NCBI GenBank assembly: GCA_000002435.2
Contig: CM018791.1
Origin: Giardia intestinalis
Lineage: Eukaryota
Direction: 5' to 3' (one strand)
DNA: 64,000 bases
Shown: positions 11,126 through 22,200 of the stretch, piece after piece
Layout of the letters: every line of letters starts with the position of its first letter
How positions within the stretch are numbered: the first letter of the stretch is position 1
The notes under the pieces: model-generated
The model's database searches: none
What the model saw: only the letters and a program-made list of their open reading frames with translations
What the model was told of the DNA's origin: nothing
Program-made: the position numbers and the translations under genes

Positions 11126-11779
11126 ATGCAATTTGATGATAAGCTTGGCTGCCAGCTTCTTCACGACGCATTAAAATACAAGGATAGTATACAGAGAACA
11201 ATTACAAGAAGCAGTATTCGCAGCCGAACACGGCTCAAACAACTATCTGATGTCACAAAGAGACAGATCAAAGAAATCGAGCTCATGCGTAGAGACACTC
11301 ACCCCTTTTTTCTTCCTACTGATTATGACAAGGATGGGCGCATAAAAGACTGCATGAGTGTTGTAGAGCGTACAACCCCTGGAGTTCGATTTTCTGCGTT
11401 TGAGAAGCATGCCGGATATCTCTCCCAGCTTAGTGAGCCGGGTTATGCTATAGATGATACCGACAGAGTCAGCAACAGAAATCTCCCCGCAGAGACGTAT
11501 ACTCAAGCCATGCGGATGGGGCAGCTTTCCACGTTAGATGAAGATGTGATAATCTCAAAGAGCTCGCTCCCTTTTCTCTCTGTAGCAGCAGATTCAGGGT
11601 ACATACTTACCCGTCGCATATGTAGCCCTCTGATTTCTGTTCGGGACATCCGTCTAACCTCGTCTACCCAAGACTCTGACATATGGAAGCACAAATCAGT
11701 TAGTTGTGCAACTACAACTACAACTTCACCCTCACAATGTGCAGCCAGGCTTTCTGCATTAGATGTTATCCTCTATTAG
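11126..11779 (+). CDS. Hypothetical protein (217 aa).
   Basis: ATG preceded by an AT-rich initiator (ttagttaaaatATG). Balanced amino-acid composition. No motif recognised. Confidence 0.5.
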   Translation: MQFDDKLGCQLLHDALKYKDSIQRTITRSSIRSRTRLKQLSDVTKRQIKEIELMRRDTHPFFLPTDYDKDGRIKDCMSVVERTTPGVRFSAFEKHAGYLSQLSEPGYAIDDTDRVSNRNLPAETYTQAMRMGQLSTLDEDVIISKSSLPFLSVAADSGYILTRRICSPLISVRDIRLTSSTQDSDIWKHKSVSCATTTTTSPSQCAARLSALDVILY

Positions 11780-11797
11780 TTTTTGTCTTAAAAACTC

Positions 11798-12379
11798 ATG
11801 TCGGCATTAGAGCTATATTTGGTTGGCGATTACAACGGTGCGATCGAGAAGTCTAAACAGGCTGCAAAAGATCCTGGGTCTCTTGCTCATCTCGCTGGAT
11901 TTCTGGCCCATATGGCACAGGGGAAAACGGCCCCAATCCCCACAGGTGGCTATGCATCGGCTCTTGAGAGTATGGCTAAAGGCATCAAGGTACAGAAAGG
12001 AAGCGATTATCCTGAGTGTGTTTCTGTAGTCCGCGCTCTAATGGACCTAATGAAGAATGATCCTGACAGCGCATACACAGAAGTTACTGCTCTTATTAAC
12101 CGGTCAGTGAACGACGAAGCCAGGAGAAAGATAGAGAGTGTGGGATTCCTACATTATATTCGTATCCTTGCGCTTTTGCAGATGAATCAGTTGCCTTTAG
12201 TCAAACGGGAAATGGGGCTTCTTCAGGCCGCCGAGAGTGGTTCACCCCTATATTCTGTAGCAGATTGCTTGGTTTATGGGACTCATCGATCATTTAACTC
12301 TCTGAAGGCTAGGTTTGGAGTTACTGAGCAGATACAGTATCTGGCAGAGCTACATGGATACAACCTTATTGGCAAGTAG
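11798..12379 (+). CDS. Hypothetical protein (193 aa), helical and possibly TPR-like.
   Basis: Clean ATG ORF 19 nt after the previous gene. Family not recognised. Confidence 0.45.
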   Translation: MSALELYLVGDYNGAIEKSKQAAKDPGSLAHLAGFLAHMAQGKTAPIPTGGYASALESMAKGIKVQKGSDYPECVSVVRALMDLMKNDPDSAYTEVTALINRSVNDEARRKIESVGFLHYIRILALLQMNQLPLVKREMGLLQAAESGSPLYSVADCLVYGTHRSFNSLKARFGVTEQIQYLAELHGYNLIGK

Positions 12380-12433
12380 CCGATTGTATAAGAATAATTA
12401 TAGGTAGTGCTGTGAACGGATTTACTCCTCTTC

Positions 12434-14578
12434 CTATTTCTTCCTGGCCTTATTGAGGTCTATGGAATGGCTGAGCTCTTCCTCTTTCTGCAGGGCCTGC
12501 TTGAACGCAGATAGATTCCCTTTAAGCGTTGTTATAGCCTCTTCTTTTCTAGATAAAATGTCTGAAAGCTTCACTAGCCAGTCATCTATGGAGACTTGGT
12601 CGTTCTCAATTGCATGAAGTAGGGCAACCTCTTCCTTCACCAACTGCATCATTGAATCAACTTGGCGGCGGTGGGCTCTGACGATAAGATCCTCCTGCTC
12701 GTAGATAGAGTCTACAAGATCGCAGTGTGTTCTGACCATGTCGTCCTCATCTGTCGTTTCAACACGTGGTTCAAAGGCTGGCTTGCTATTTGGTGGGTTA
12801 TAGTTTGGATTGTAGTGTGGTTGAGGAAGATTTTGCTGGATCTGACGTGCAGTTATCGGGGCCTGAGAAGCAGGTGGCACTCTTGCCTGCTGCGAAGGAG
12901 CTGCATTCACGCCTACAATCCCCGCTTTGTAGACGTCATTCTCATCGTCTCTAGCGGTGCCGAGAATAACGTCTGCGGCATTTTGCCCCATCTTTAGAAC
13001 ATTGAACTTAATGATACCTCCCTTCCCATGCTGGAGCTCTTTGACTCTGTCGGCATAGCGCAGAGTATTGAGGGTGTTATCACAAGATTTGTCGTTAGGA
13101 CTGATATTGGCAATCATCACTGTCTGAGAGTTACCAATGAAGGAGTCACGTAGGACCATCGTGAGCTTGGAGCCCCTGAACGGAATATGTGCGCCAGACT
13201 TACTATCATTCGATTTGTCCATGGCACGGATGCACTCCTTTAGTGCCAATAAACTCTTATTGATCTCTGCACCTTCCATGCGTGTCTGCCTGTCACTGTT
13301 TTGAACGTCTGATGCTCTTTCAGAACCAGCTAGATCAATGAAGCTAATTCTACTGTACTCTTTACCAGACTTAGTGTACTTGAGTGCAATCTGTAGTATG
13401 GCGTGAGATCTAGACGAATCTGCATTTGCCCCGGTGGCTCCAACAGCACGAAGAGTCAATCCAGAATCTATCAAGTTCAGCATAGCGTCAACTGAAGAAA
13501 TCTGCTTCTCCGTAAGGCCCGTAATTTGTACGTTCCCCTTTCCATCTTCAAGAGCCTGTAGGCGCTGCCGATTGTTTAAAAGATCGAATAACTTTCCGCC
13601 ATATATCTCAAAGAAGCTCACAACAGGCACCAGAAACTTGCTGTTATTCCCTTGGCTGCCGTTATACACTCGCAGATACTCCAAAATATCGAAGCAGGCC
13701 AAGACATAGATACCGTTGTCCTTATGCATCATAGTGAAAGATTTCCCCGAGCCAGTTTGTCCATACGCAAAGACAGTGCAGTTTTTGCCCTCGAACACAC
13801 TACGAATAAGAGGCTTTGCAGCGTATTGGTAAATCTCCTGATTGTCTGATTGTTCATTGAAGACGTGATCGAATTTAAAGGTGTGCAGATCTGTGTACTT
13901 GGTTAAATCAACCTTGACCTTCGGCTCGTGAATGGAAACCTGGTTCCAGCCATCTGCAGTAACGACATCCCGCTGGTTCTGGCTAAGCTCCTTGGGATTG
14001 ATAGGCCTTTTTCTAATTACCACGCGGATGCGGGATTGGATTTGGTTGAGGAAGAGGTCGACGGGGGGTACAACCGTCCTGTTAACAGTCGGGATGCCCC
14101 GGGGATTAGGTGGGTTGGGGGCATTTGGATGATAGGGGATGGTTGGTATAACGTAGTCGTCGCCATTTGCTGGTCCCGAGCCTTGGGCAGAGACATATGG
14201 TGGCTCATAACCACCGTCATACGATTCATAAAGTGACATGTCCTGGGCTTGCTGGATATCATTCTGTTTTTGCTTGTCTCCGACAAACCTATCTCCTTGA
14301 GCAACATGGGGTGAAACATGAGAGGAGGGAACGGATTGGGGTGTTGCTCCTGTATTTGGAGCCGATGGCTGCTGCTCGAGGATATTCTCGCGCGATTTCA
14401 GGGTGGTGATAAGACGAAACAACTTCTGCTTATCTGGCAGCGCTTGTATGCCAAGTGCTCCATAGTCCTGAATTGTAATAGTGATAAAGCGCTGAGGGGT
14501 AATACCTTGCTGTTCAAAAGCAGGGTAATACTGTTGCAGATTTGCTGACTCGAGCCACTGGTAAACCAAGTCAGACAT
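12434..14578 (-). CDS. Kinesin-13 family motor protein with an N-terminal SAM domain (KIF24-like architecture).
   Basis: Central motor domain: P-loop GQTGSGKSFTM, switch I SSRSHAI, switch II DLAGSER. Kinesin-13 loop-2 'KVD' element HEPKVKVDLTKYTDLHTFKFDHVF. N-terminal SAM-like segment LVYQWLESANLQQYYPAFEQQGIT…GALGI. AGTAAAT (minus strand, 12420-12426) about 8 nt after the stop. Confidence 0.88.
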   Translation of the reverse strand: MSDLVYQWLESANLQQYYPAFEQQGITPQRFITITIQDYGALGIQALPDKQKLFRLITTLKSRENILEQQPSAPNTGATPQSVPSSHVSPHVAQGDRFVGDKQKQNDIQQAQDMSLYESYDGGYEPPYVSAQGSGPANGDDYVIPTIPYHPNAPNPPNPRGIPTVNRTVVPPVDLFLNQIQSRIRVVIRKRPINPKELSQNQRDVVTADGWNQVSIHEPKVKVDLTKYTDLHTFKFDHVFNEQSDNQEIYQYAAKPLIRSVFEGKNCTVFAYGQTGSGKSFTMMHKDNGIYVLACFDILEYLRVYNGSQGNNSKFLVPVVSFFEIYGGKLFDLLNNRQRLQALEDGKGNVQITGLTEKQISSVDAMLNLIDSGLTLRAVGATGANADSSRSHAILQIALKYTKSGKEYSRISFIDLAGSERASDVQNSDRQTRMEGAEINKSLLALKECIRAMDKSNDSKSGAHIPFRGSKLTMVLRDSFIGNSQTVMIANISPNDKSCDNTLNTLRYADRVKELQHGKGGIIKFNVLKMGQNAADVILGTARDDENDVYKAGIVGVNAAPSQQARVPPASQAPITARQIQQNLPQPHYNPNYNPPNSKPAFEPRVETTDEDDMVRTHCDLVDSIYEQEDLIVRAHRRQVDSMMQLVKEEVALLHAIENDQVSIDDWLVKLSDILSRKEEAITTLKGNLSAFKQALQKEEELSHSIDLNKARKK

Positions 14579-14788
14579 GTTTTAAAATGTGAATTTTGTA
14601 CTTGATACTTTTAATGATCTATGGCACAAAACCACCAAGGTTTACCTTTCCAAGTCTAGGATAAAAGAGTAAATTGGTAAGAGGAGACAGTGTCTTCTTG
14701 CGCCAATTCCTTTACAAGGACTCTTAGTCTCTGGCATGTAATTGCGCTCCGATGACTGAGACGCTCCTTGATTTAATTAATTAAAACT

Positions 14789-15805
14789 ATGTTTACTCGT
14801 GAACGGATAGAGAAAGCCGTGGAGATAGCTGTGACCCACGGCTACAAGAGCACACAGGATCCGAATCAGAAACGAAAAGACCTCTTTGATGAAGCGTCAG
14901 CCACTCACAGAGTATACTTGGTGGTCATTCTACACAACATACCCCCAGAGCCCTCTGAGATCCCCCGACCTATTCTGGTCACACATCCAATCTTCCCACT
15001 AGCCTCTACACTTAGTGGAGTAGTTGAGGAGAAAGACGTTGAGCTAGTTAAGACCAACGCTATCTTTAACAAACTTACGACAATTGAAGAGATACGCGAC
15101 GTACATCTTACTTTCCAGATGAGGCGTGATCTTGTCAAGGCGTACGATGTCTATGCATGCAACACGAATTTATATAATCAGGTCCTCAAATATGGGGGAA
15201 AATCGTTTACTTGCAAGCATACCATTGTGTGCACTGACTCACCGATGGAGGCAGTCTCTAAGGAGGAGGTCATGTGCACCACGCAGCTTCGTGACCCGAG
15301 GGGAAATAACCTTTCAATCAAAATAGGCTACTTCAATGCGACAGACCCCGATGAGGAGGTACAGAAAGGCCTTACAGCCAAGCTAGCAGATAATGTCCTT
15401 GATGTGATTAAATCATTTGACAAGACTCTGCCTGGAGGCTTCAAGAACTGCAAGTTACTTGCTATAAATTTAGTGCCCGGTCACGGCTTACCAAATGTTC
15501 CTTTCTACGAGTCAGTCCTTCCCAAGAACGAAAGGATATTTGAAGAACATCCTATTCGGCCTCCAGATCCCCTGGACACTGCCATTCGAGAGCTTTATCG
15601 AGATATGGAGGAGCAGGGGATGATAGATGAAGAAATGAAGGCACTAGAGCCCAGAATGTCAAGACGCGAGCGAGAACGCGCAGGTCTTCCGCGCATTCGA
15701 GCGTCAAGATCCAAGCAAGAGCAACCTACAGATGCTGATAAGCACGTCTCTGACAAGGGTGAGAATAGCAATGATAGCGACAGTGAAGAGGGAGATAGTG
15801 ACTGA
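14789..15805 (+). CDS. Ribosomal L1 domain-containing protein (Cic1/RSL1D1-like), acidic Ser-rich C-terminus.
   Basis: Resembles the RSL1D1/Cic1 layout: ERIEKAVEIAV…, VYLVVILHNIP (cf. LFLMVVLWKIP), CKLLAINLVPGHGLP. C-terminal SNDSDSEEGDSD. Confidence 0.45.
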   Translation: MFTRERIEKAVEIAVTHGYKSTQDPNQKRKDLFDEASATHRVYLVVILHNIPPEPSEIPRPILVTHPIFPLASTLSGVVEEKDVELVKTNAIFNKLTTIEEIRDVHLTFQMRRDLVKAYDVYACNTNLYNQVLKYGGKSFTCKHTIVCTDSPMEAVSKEEVMCTTQLRDPRGNNLSIKIGYFNATDPDEEVQKGLTAKLADNVLDVIKSFDKTLPGGFKNCKLLAINLVPGHGLPNVPFYESVLPKNERIFEEHPIRPPDPLDTAIRELYRDMEEQGMIDEEMKALEPRMSRRERERAGLPRIRASRSKQEQPTDADKHVSDKGENSNDSDSEEGDSD

Positions 15806-15898
15806 GGTTAAGTATCAGGATTGAGAGTAAATCTATTGGGTGTATTTGGGTATATATAGAATTATACTAGCGAGGTTATATATAGAGGGCTTTTGCTG

Positions 15899-17896
15899 CT
15901 AGGTTGGCTGTAGTGTTGGGGGTGAGTGAATAACATCTGCGGCATGCACGGCGACTAGTATTTGCTGTGATGGATCACGGTGTTTCGAGGCAGTGTCTTT
16001 TGGCACTACCGTAGGTGCTACAACCTTCTTCTGCGGTCCTGTCAAAACCCTTTTTAATAAGTGAGGATTCTTACCAGCTAACCCTTTATCAGTACCAGAA
16101 GACACACCGCTGGCGCTACGGGTAGAAGCGCCCTTGTCCAGTGGAACTATGATCGGTAGAGTATCTGAAGATACCTTTGAACTTACAGATCTCAACTTTT
16201 CTGAAGAACGTATATCCTGTCCAAATGGCACAGTGCCATCTTCTTTGGTAATGACAGAAAGTGTCCCACGGCCGGCAAGCAGTTCATGCGTTGTTTTAGG
16301 AGCCTTCCGCGGATAGTTGTGGGGCTCCAACGGATGTGTCTCTAAGTCGGGATCGGGATCGCCATGAACATGGGCGTTGGCATGGGCGTGGTGCAGTAAT
16401 GGATCGTCCTTTGTATCACACCCCCGTATCACCGGACTCTGTTGCGACCTCTTTGTTCGAAACATCACCATGCGACTGTCTTCAAGAGGCCCGACTGAGA
16501 GAACTGCTGTGTATGTGTTCTTAAAGGTGATAGATCTTCCATGGAGATAAGAATACTGAGATGTTTGCACAGGATTTAAAGATTTGAACGTGTGCTTTGT
16601 TGGGTTGGGCACGCTGTTTGCTGGGTATGAAGATTCTAAGGCTATTGGAAGCCTTTTAGCATTGGAATTGTTGATAGGAGAGACCTCACCCGACGAAACT
16701 ACTGCTGGTGGTGCTGTGGACAGGGCATCACTGGATGCTAGTGCAGCTTTAGACGACCTTTTATCTGATGCACTGTGCAAAGCATGAGGAGTACCAGGGG
16801 ACAGCAATTTTTCTGCTGACGTAAGAGCAGTGACAGTGTGTGATAGCGGCTGTGGACTTCCCTTCTCTTGGATAGAAGAAAGATCTGAGTCTATACCCTT
16901 AAGACATACAAGATTAGACGTTTCACAGATGGGATAGACTTCTGAGTCCCTACTATCAGAATCTATACTGAGTTGACTTTGAGCCAACGAGTTTTTAAAA
17001 GCAGTAGAACGAGGAGTAGTTCCAGCGTGCTTCTGCTCTTTATTTAATAGCTTAGATGAGACATGCTTTGCTGCGGCTTCTCCCTTAGTGTTTAACAAGT
17101 TGACCAGCGAAATCGACGATGGAATGCTCATAGGCGTTGCACCGATCCCCAGTCTGTGCCGTGTCTTGCCTGCCAAACTGTTGAAATCCATGCTTCTGGC
17201 CATTGGGTCGTGTAGTCCTGGGAGATTCCCCGCAGAATCTTGCTTGATCGATAGGCTCCGCTGTATCCGGGGGATATTATCTGTGTACTTGGCTGGAGTC
17301 ACACGAGTTATCTGATGTGCGTCGCTGGATGGAATAGGGTCTCCAAACGGGTCATCGTAAAGCTCTGGATTGCAGAAGTCATACTTGGTGGTGTCTTGTG
17401 TGCGTGTTAGTGAATTAAGATAATCATTATGCGGACAGGACGAAAGCTGCGGGAGCTGCATTTTATCTAAGTCGTTGAAGGGAAGCGTGCTCGGCAGATC
17501 GTGATCAATAGTAGATAGTAGAAAGGTGTTGAGCGGAAGTTCAGTATGTAGCTTTTCTTGGTAATGCTGATCTGTAGTAAGGTGGACACCTAAGCCTCCT
17601 ATTGCCGGGTTACTTCCTGATGCCTTTGAAGCAGCCAGTGAGTGGACCACTCCGGGATTGTGCTCAGACTTGCTACCGAGATCACTTGTATTGCCAGCTC
17701 CTTTTGTTTGGGTGGTTAGAAGTTTAGAATAAGGTTGTCGCCGGCCGCGCCAATCAAATAAATCCACCTTTCTTTGCATCTGTTGAGCAAGTGGCTGAGT
17801 AACGGAAGTAAACCCCGGCCTCCCGGAACCGCTTAGTAATTCCCTGAATCTACTATCAGGACCGCGGGCTGCAAGAGCGAACCCCTCTCCCCGCAT
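15899..17896 (-). CDS. Hypothetical Ser/Thr/Pro-rich low-complexity protein (about 665 aa).
   Basis: Long ORF. The ATG at 17894-17896 lies one codon inside the track's GTG start. Likely disordered. Confidence 0.5.
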   Translation of the reverse strand: MRGEGFALAARGPDSRFRELLSGSGRPGFTSVTQPLAQQMQRKVDLFDWRGRRQPYSKLLTTQTKGAGNTSDLGSKSEHNPGVVHSLAASKASGSNPAIGGLGVHLTTDQHYQEKLHTELPLNTFLLSTIDHDLPSTLPFNDLDKMQLPQLSSCPHNDYLNSLTRTQDTTKYDFCNPELYDDPFGDPIPSSDAHQITRVTPAKYTDNIPRIQRSLSIKQDSAGNLPGLHDPMARSMDFNSLAGKTRHRLGIGATPMSIPSSISLVNLLNTKGEAAAKHVSSKLLNKEQKHAGTTPRSTAFKNSLAQSQLSIDSDSRDSEVYPICETSNLVCLKGIDSDLSSIQEKGSPQPLSHTVTALTSAEKLLSPGTPHALHSASDKRSSKAALASSDALSTAPPAVVSSGEVSPINNSNAKRLPIALESSYPANSVPNPTKHTFKSLNPVQTSQYSYLHGRSITFKNTYTAVLSVGPLEDSRMVMFRTKRSQQSPVIRGCDTKDDPLLHHAHANAHVHGDPDPDLETHPLEPHNYPRKAPKTTHELLAGRGTLSVITKEDGTVPFGQDIRSSEKLRSVSSKVSSDTLPIIVPLDKGASTRSASGVSSGTDKGLAGKNPHLLKRVLTGPQKKVVAPTVVPKDTASKHRDPSQQILVAVHAADVIHSPPTLQPT

Positions 17897-17973
17897 CACC
17901 TATACCGCAAAACAATTTTTTGAAGCTAAATTGCCTCAAAGCTTAAGTCCTTGTTTGAGGCCTTTCATTCTTA

Positions 17974-19239
17974 ATGCCTGCCATCGAGCTCTCTCCTCTC
18001 CAAGCTCAGTTCATGCCTGATATAAGCTCTCTCTGGTGCGTTAATCGCATTTCCACTTATACAGAACAAACTCCCGTTGTTATCTTGCTTTTCATGTCAT
18101 GGTCCATCTCTTGTAGAGAGGCTCTTATCCAAATTCTAAATTTGCAACGCTCCCAGCCTGGGGTTTACTATCTTTGTATCTCTAAGGAGCACTCATCAGC
18201 CATTCGTAGTGAAATGCAATCTGCCCCGGAGCTTCTTCTGCTAAATGTCTTTACCGACCCTAAGCACGTGCTAAAACCATTCCTCATTGCAAATACTATT
18301 ACCACAGTTCCTACTGCCATCCTTTTTGCTTCGAACAAGCGCATGATGTGGCACGGGCACGCACTTTCCCCAGAGTTTACGGAAAAGTTCACAAAGTTGA
18401 TTCGCCAGTCACATATCAAGGTGTACAACGAGGATGCCCTCCTCTTCAAGACCTTGAGGTCATCTAGCTGTCGATCCATTTCTGCAAGAAGATCTCCAAC
18501 AGGAAACGGCAGTACATCCCTTATGGCGTCGCTACTAACAAATAAGGTCAGTTCAGGGGACATTCCAGAGGAGAGTAGTACGTTACAAGAAGGCTACACA
18601 AAGGCGCACAGTCCACTTGTTAGAAGCACACGGATTCACCGAAGCAAGCAGCGACCATCCAGTGTGCAACGCGCAAGCCAAATAATACACTCAGCTACGC
18701 ATGATATGCTGGCAGTCAGTCTTAGGGAAAACGATCTAGCGGTGTCATCTCTCACAGATAAGCAGCTACCACAAAGCAGCTACCCGATAGAGCGTGTGCT
18801 AGCTACCTCAGCATTGTGGAAAACGCTGTCTCCACCAAGAACATATGCACAAAGAGCACCAACCTCAGACAATGCGAAGAAATATCTAATACGGTCTCCC
18901 AGAAAAGAAAGAACTGATCCCCTGCAACCTCTGCGATCTCCTACAAGCATCATCAGGGCTGAGCTGTCAGAGGCAACAGGTGAAGAGAGTAGTTACCCAT
19001 TAGTGGAGGAGGCACCACCTAGGCAATCCCTCTCTAAGCCTAGAATCTTACACAGATCATCAGTTGTCGCAGAGAATGTGAAGAAGGAACTAGGGTGGAT
19101 GCTCATGAAGCAGGATAGCATTCTACCCAAGCCACTCCGGATACCAGAGTCATTTCCAGTAGATGTCCTCAGAGATTCAGAAGGCACGCAGCAGCTATTT
19201 AATAAATCTGCTGTATTTTTAAGACGGATGAACGTTTAG
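17974..19239 (+). CDS. Hypothetical protein (421 aa).
   Basis: ATG-initiated ORF, no motif recognised. Confidence 0.5.
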   Translation: MPAIELSPLQAQFMPDISSLWCVNRISTYTEQTPVVILLFMSWSISCREALIQILNLQRSQPGVYYLCISKEHSSAIRSEMQSAPELLLLNVFTDPKHVLKPFLIANTITTVPTAILFASNKRMMWHGHALSPEFTEKFTKLIRQSHIKVYNEDALLFKTLRSSSCRSISARRSPTGNGSTSLMASLLTNKVSSGDIPEESSTLQEGYTKAHSPLVRSTRIHRSKQRPSSVQRASQIIHSATHDMLAVSLRENDLAVSSLTDKQLPQSSYPIERVLATSALWKTLSPPRTYAQRAPTSDNAKKYLIRSPRKERTDPLQPLRSPTSIIRAELSEATGEESSYPLVEEAPPRQSLSKPRILHRSSVVAENVKKELGWMLMKQDSILPKPLRIPESFPVDVLRDSEGTQQLFNKSAVFLRRMNV

Positions 19240-19256
19240 TCTGTGATCTATGAAGA

Positions 19257-22200
19257 TCAATCTGTCGAATGATAGAACTTTTTTCTTAGGAGATCTTCAA
19301 TATCGTCTTTGAGAGCTTCTGTTTGCTTGAGTACTAATTGCTCAGACTCCATTTTCTTTATCATTTCAGTGTAGATATTGCCTGGCTCCTCATCGCTGGT
19401 AATGCTGTGCGTGATTTTCTTTTCGACGTTCCCGTTAACTAAGTAAATTACAGCCAGGGTAGCTGTGTCTCTTCTCAGTGTTAGGAGCTCGACTCTCTTA
19501 TATTTAGGATAGACGGACGCGGCAGACACGGCGGTGGGCTCTAGAGAAGCACAGGGGAGCTTGGACTCGGATGCTTGCTGCGAAAGTGGCATGGAATCAT
19601 CTGTGCATGTGTGCTCATTTGTGTTGGTCGGAGTCGAGCTTTGCCTGCTATTAGGCGTAACTATTTGAGTATACGAAGGTACCGTATTCGTGGTCAAAGA
19701 GGACGTAACTTGGTAGTAAGGAGGGGGTCCCAGAGGTGTCGTAGTTCCATCCTTTGACACACACACATCTAGACCCTTCACGAGATCCAGTGAGACACCA
19801 GCACTTCCTCGCGCGAGTTGTCCATCGACCGAGGTTTGTTTAGTGGAAGCATGCTTTGGCTCGCTTCCATCTTGCTCTGAGAGACAGTCTGTGGCACTCC
19901 CTTCTGTGTGTAGCGCAGAGTCTGTTACTGAGAACCTTCCCGTACTACTGCGTTCAGAACTGGCGTGAATAGGATCTGCTATCAATGTAGCAACGGAAGA
20001 ACTGATGGGTTGCAGCTCATCCTCTCTTACGTGGCCATAGCCCATTTTGAAAGGATTACTTCTTGTCTTCGCAGAGAAGATCTCCTTCTCAGGTAAAGTG
20101 GCATGCTCCAAATGATCCTGATGCGAAGCGTTATCCTTCTGCTGCTGGTGTTGGAGAACATCCAGATGTTCCCTGAAATATTTGTGTTCTAAAACGGCCT
20201 CAATCGATCCAAAGCAATTTGACCCGTCGATGCACTTTGTGATTAGTTCACAAAGATCTTTATTCTGAACGTCTATCAACGATGTAGGAAGCTTCTCATT
20301 AAGCAATCCATCTATGAGATACTCCTCTTGAGTCCACGGATCCGCTCCTGTTGCAATACAGAGCATCACAAGACCTAAGCTATAGACATTTCGAATAGCA
20401 ACAGGCTTGAGCATTCCAAAATCAAGTAACCCGAAGTCATCTATATCGTCTCCATGGCCTTGTACTACATCCGCTTCAAGACTCTCGGAGAGCTCTTGAC
20501 TCACATTGGGAGAGCTTACGCACAGATCCAACACTGCCCTTCCTGTATCATAGCCATGCTGATGATCACTAGGGGGTAGTATCTGGTCACGAGCCTCTCC
20601 CAAGTCTTTGGGCGTAGGCTTTTCTTTTGATTTTCCTGCCGATGAAATAAGTTTTGCTTCCGGAGAGCCCCTAGTAAAGGCAGATAGGTGAGCGTGAGAA
20701 AATTGTACTAATTCTTGGTCATAGTCGCAATCCTGCGGGCTCTTGGCATTTGTTACAGCGCTAGATCCAACTCGGCCATCAAGTTCAGATCCCATTGCCG
20801 TAGTGAGCTCCAACTTATCTGCCATCTTTGATAGCCTGTGCTTATTTAGATATTTTTCGGACGGCTTGGTCTTAACACATTGAGATCCTGCAGCATCTCC
20901 GCCCGTGTCTTCCAATGGAAAACTAAAACAATGATGGGATACCGGGGCACTTGAAAGGTTGCCACTTGCTGACCTCTCTATTCGATACTGCTGACTAGAC
21001 GGAATCTTTGAGTAAGACGCATAGCCCTGACTTCCACAGTCCAAAGAAGCTATCGCTAACTCAGTCGCAGGCCTGAACCGAGCTATCATTCCACGAAGAA
21101 CCTTGCAGCACTTGCTACAATGCGGGGAGATGATGTATGCATACTCCGCCTTTTCGTTCTCCTGAAACAGTGGATTATCAATAGGAAACCCTACGAAATC
21201 TGTCAGCAGCTTAAACAACCGTGCATCACGAGGGGAGCCAATACCGTGTCGAGATTGACAGGAGAAGTCTGCCTCGAACTGGTCTTTGATGGTTGCGGTG
21301 AGATGTTTCAAAAAGAGAGGCATATAAATAGTAGACAAGACCAGGAGTCGCTTCAGGAAAAGGTAGAGAATGCACGGACAGTTAAAGCTGGTGGTACACG
21401 TGTGCGCCGAGCCTGAACCCAATTGCTTTGTTCGGGTGTTGGTGTCCAATGAAGTGATGAAAGCTGGACAAATTGCAGGCTTGTCCGCTGCAAGAAAGTT
21501 TGGTATGCTAGCGCCACGGTGAACATGATCTCCCTGGCCAGACGCAATAGAAGCTAGGGTGCCTTGGTCGAGAGTAGCGGATCCCCTTGCTGTATCTGGA
21601 TACGGTATCACTTCGTTCGAGCCCGTCCAAACCAGCCTTCCAGAGGATGGCGAAGAAGCAGGCATCACGGACCCACCTACCCCTTGTAGAACCCCGGGCC
21701 CTTGAGTGTCAACAGGTGCATCTCCTGTGGCTTTGAATCCTGTACTGAGTGACAAATAAGAAGGATAGTCTTCTGCGTCATCAAGGTTTTCACTATAAAT
21801 ATGATAGAACAGGCCGTTGATATTTTCGTGAGAAATGCTCTGAGAATCCCGGCAGTCTCGCTGTCTATGGTCAACAGAAGGGTTAGAGAGACGAGTGTTC
21901 TTTTCGAGATTCAAAAATTCATTGTACTTGCTCAACCAGTACGCTAAGGCTTGACCAATATATGATTTATACCAAAAGAAATCACGAGGAGATAGCCCCA
22001 GCCCTGTGAAGAAGGACATATAAAGCTCAGTCGGGTGTCTGTATATCATTTCGTCTGCGCGTGTCACTGACACAAGAAATGCAGAGGGGAAAAGGCGAAG
22101 CATGCATTGCTGCGTGTCGACAACAATACAGCGAGGGTCCAATCCTTTTAAACTAATTTTATGTTGCGAGACATAGAGCAACGAATCTATAAGGTTGCAA

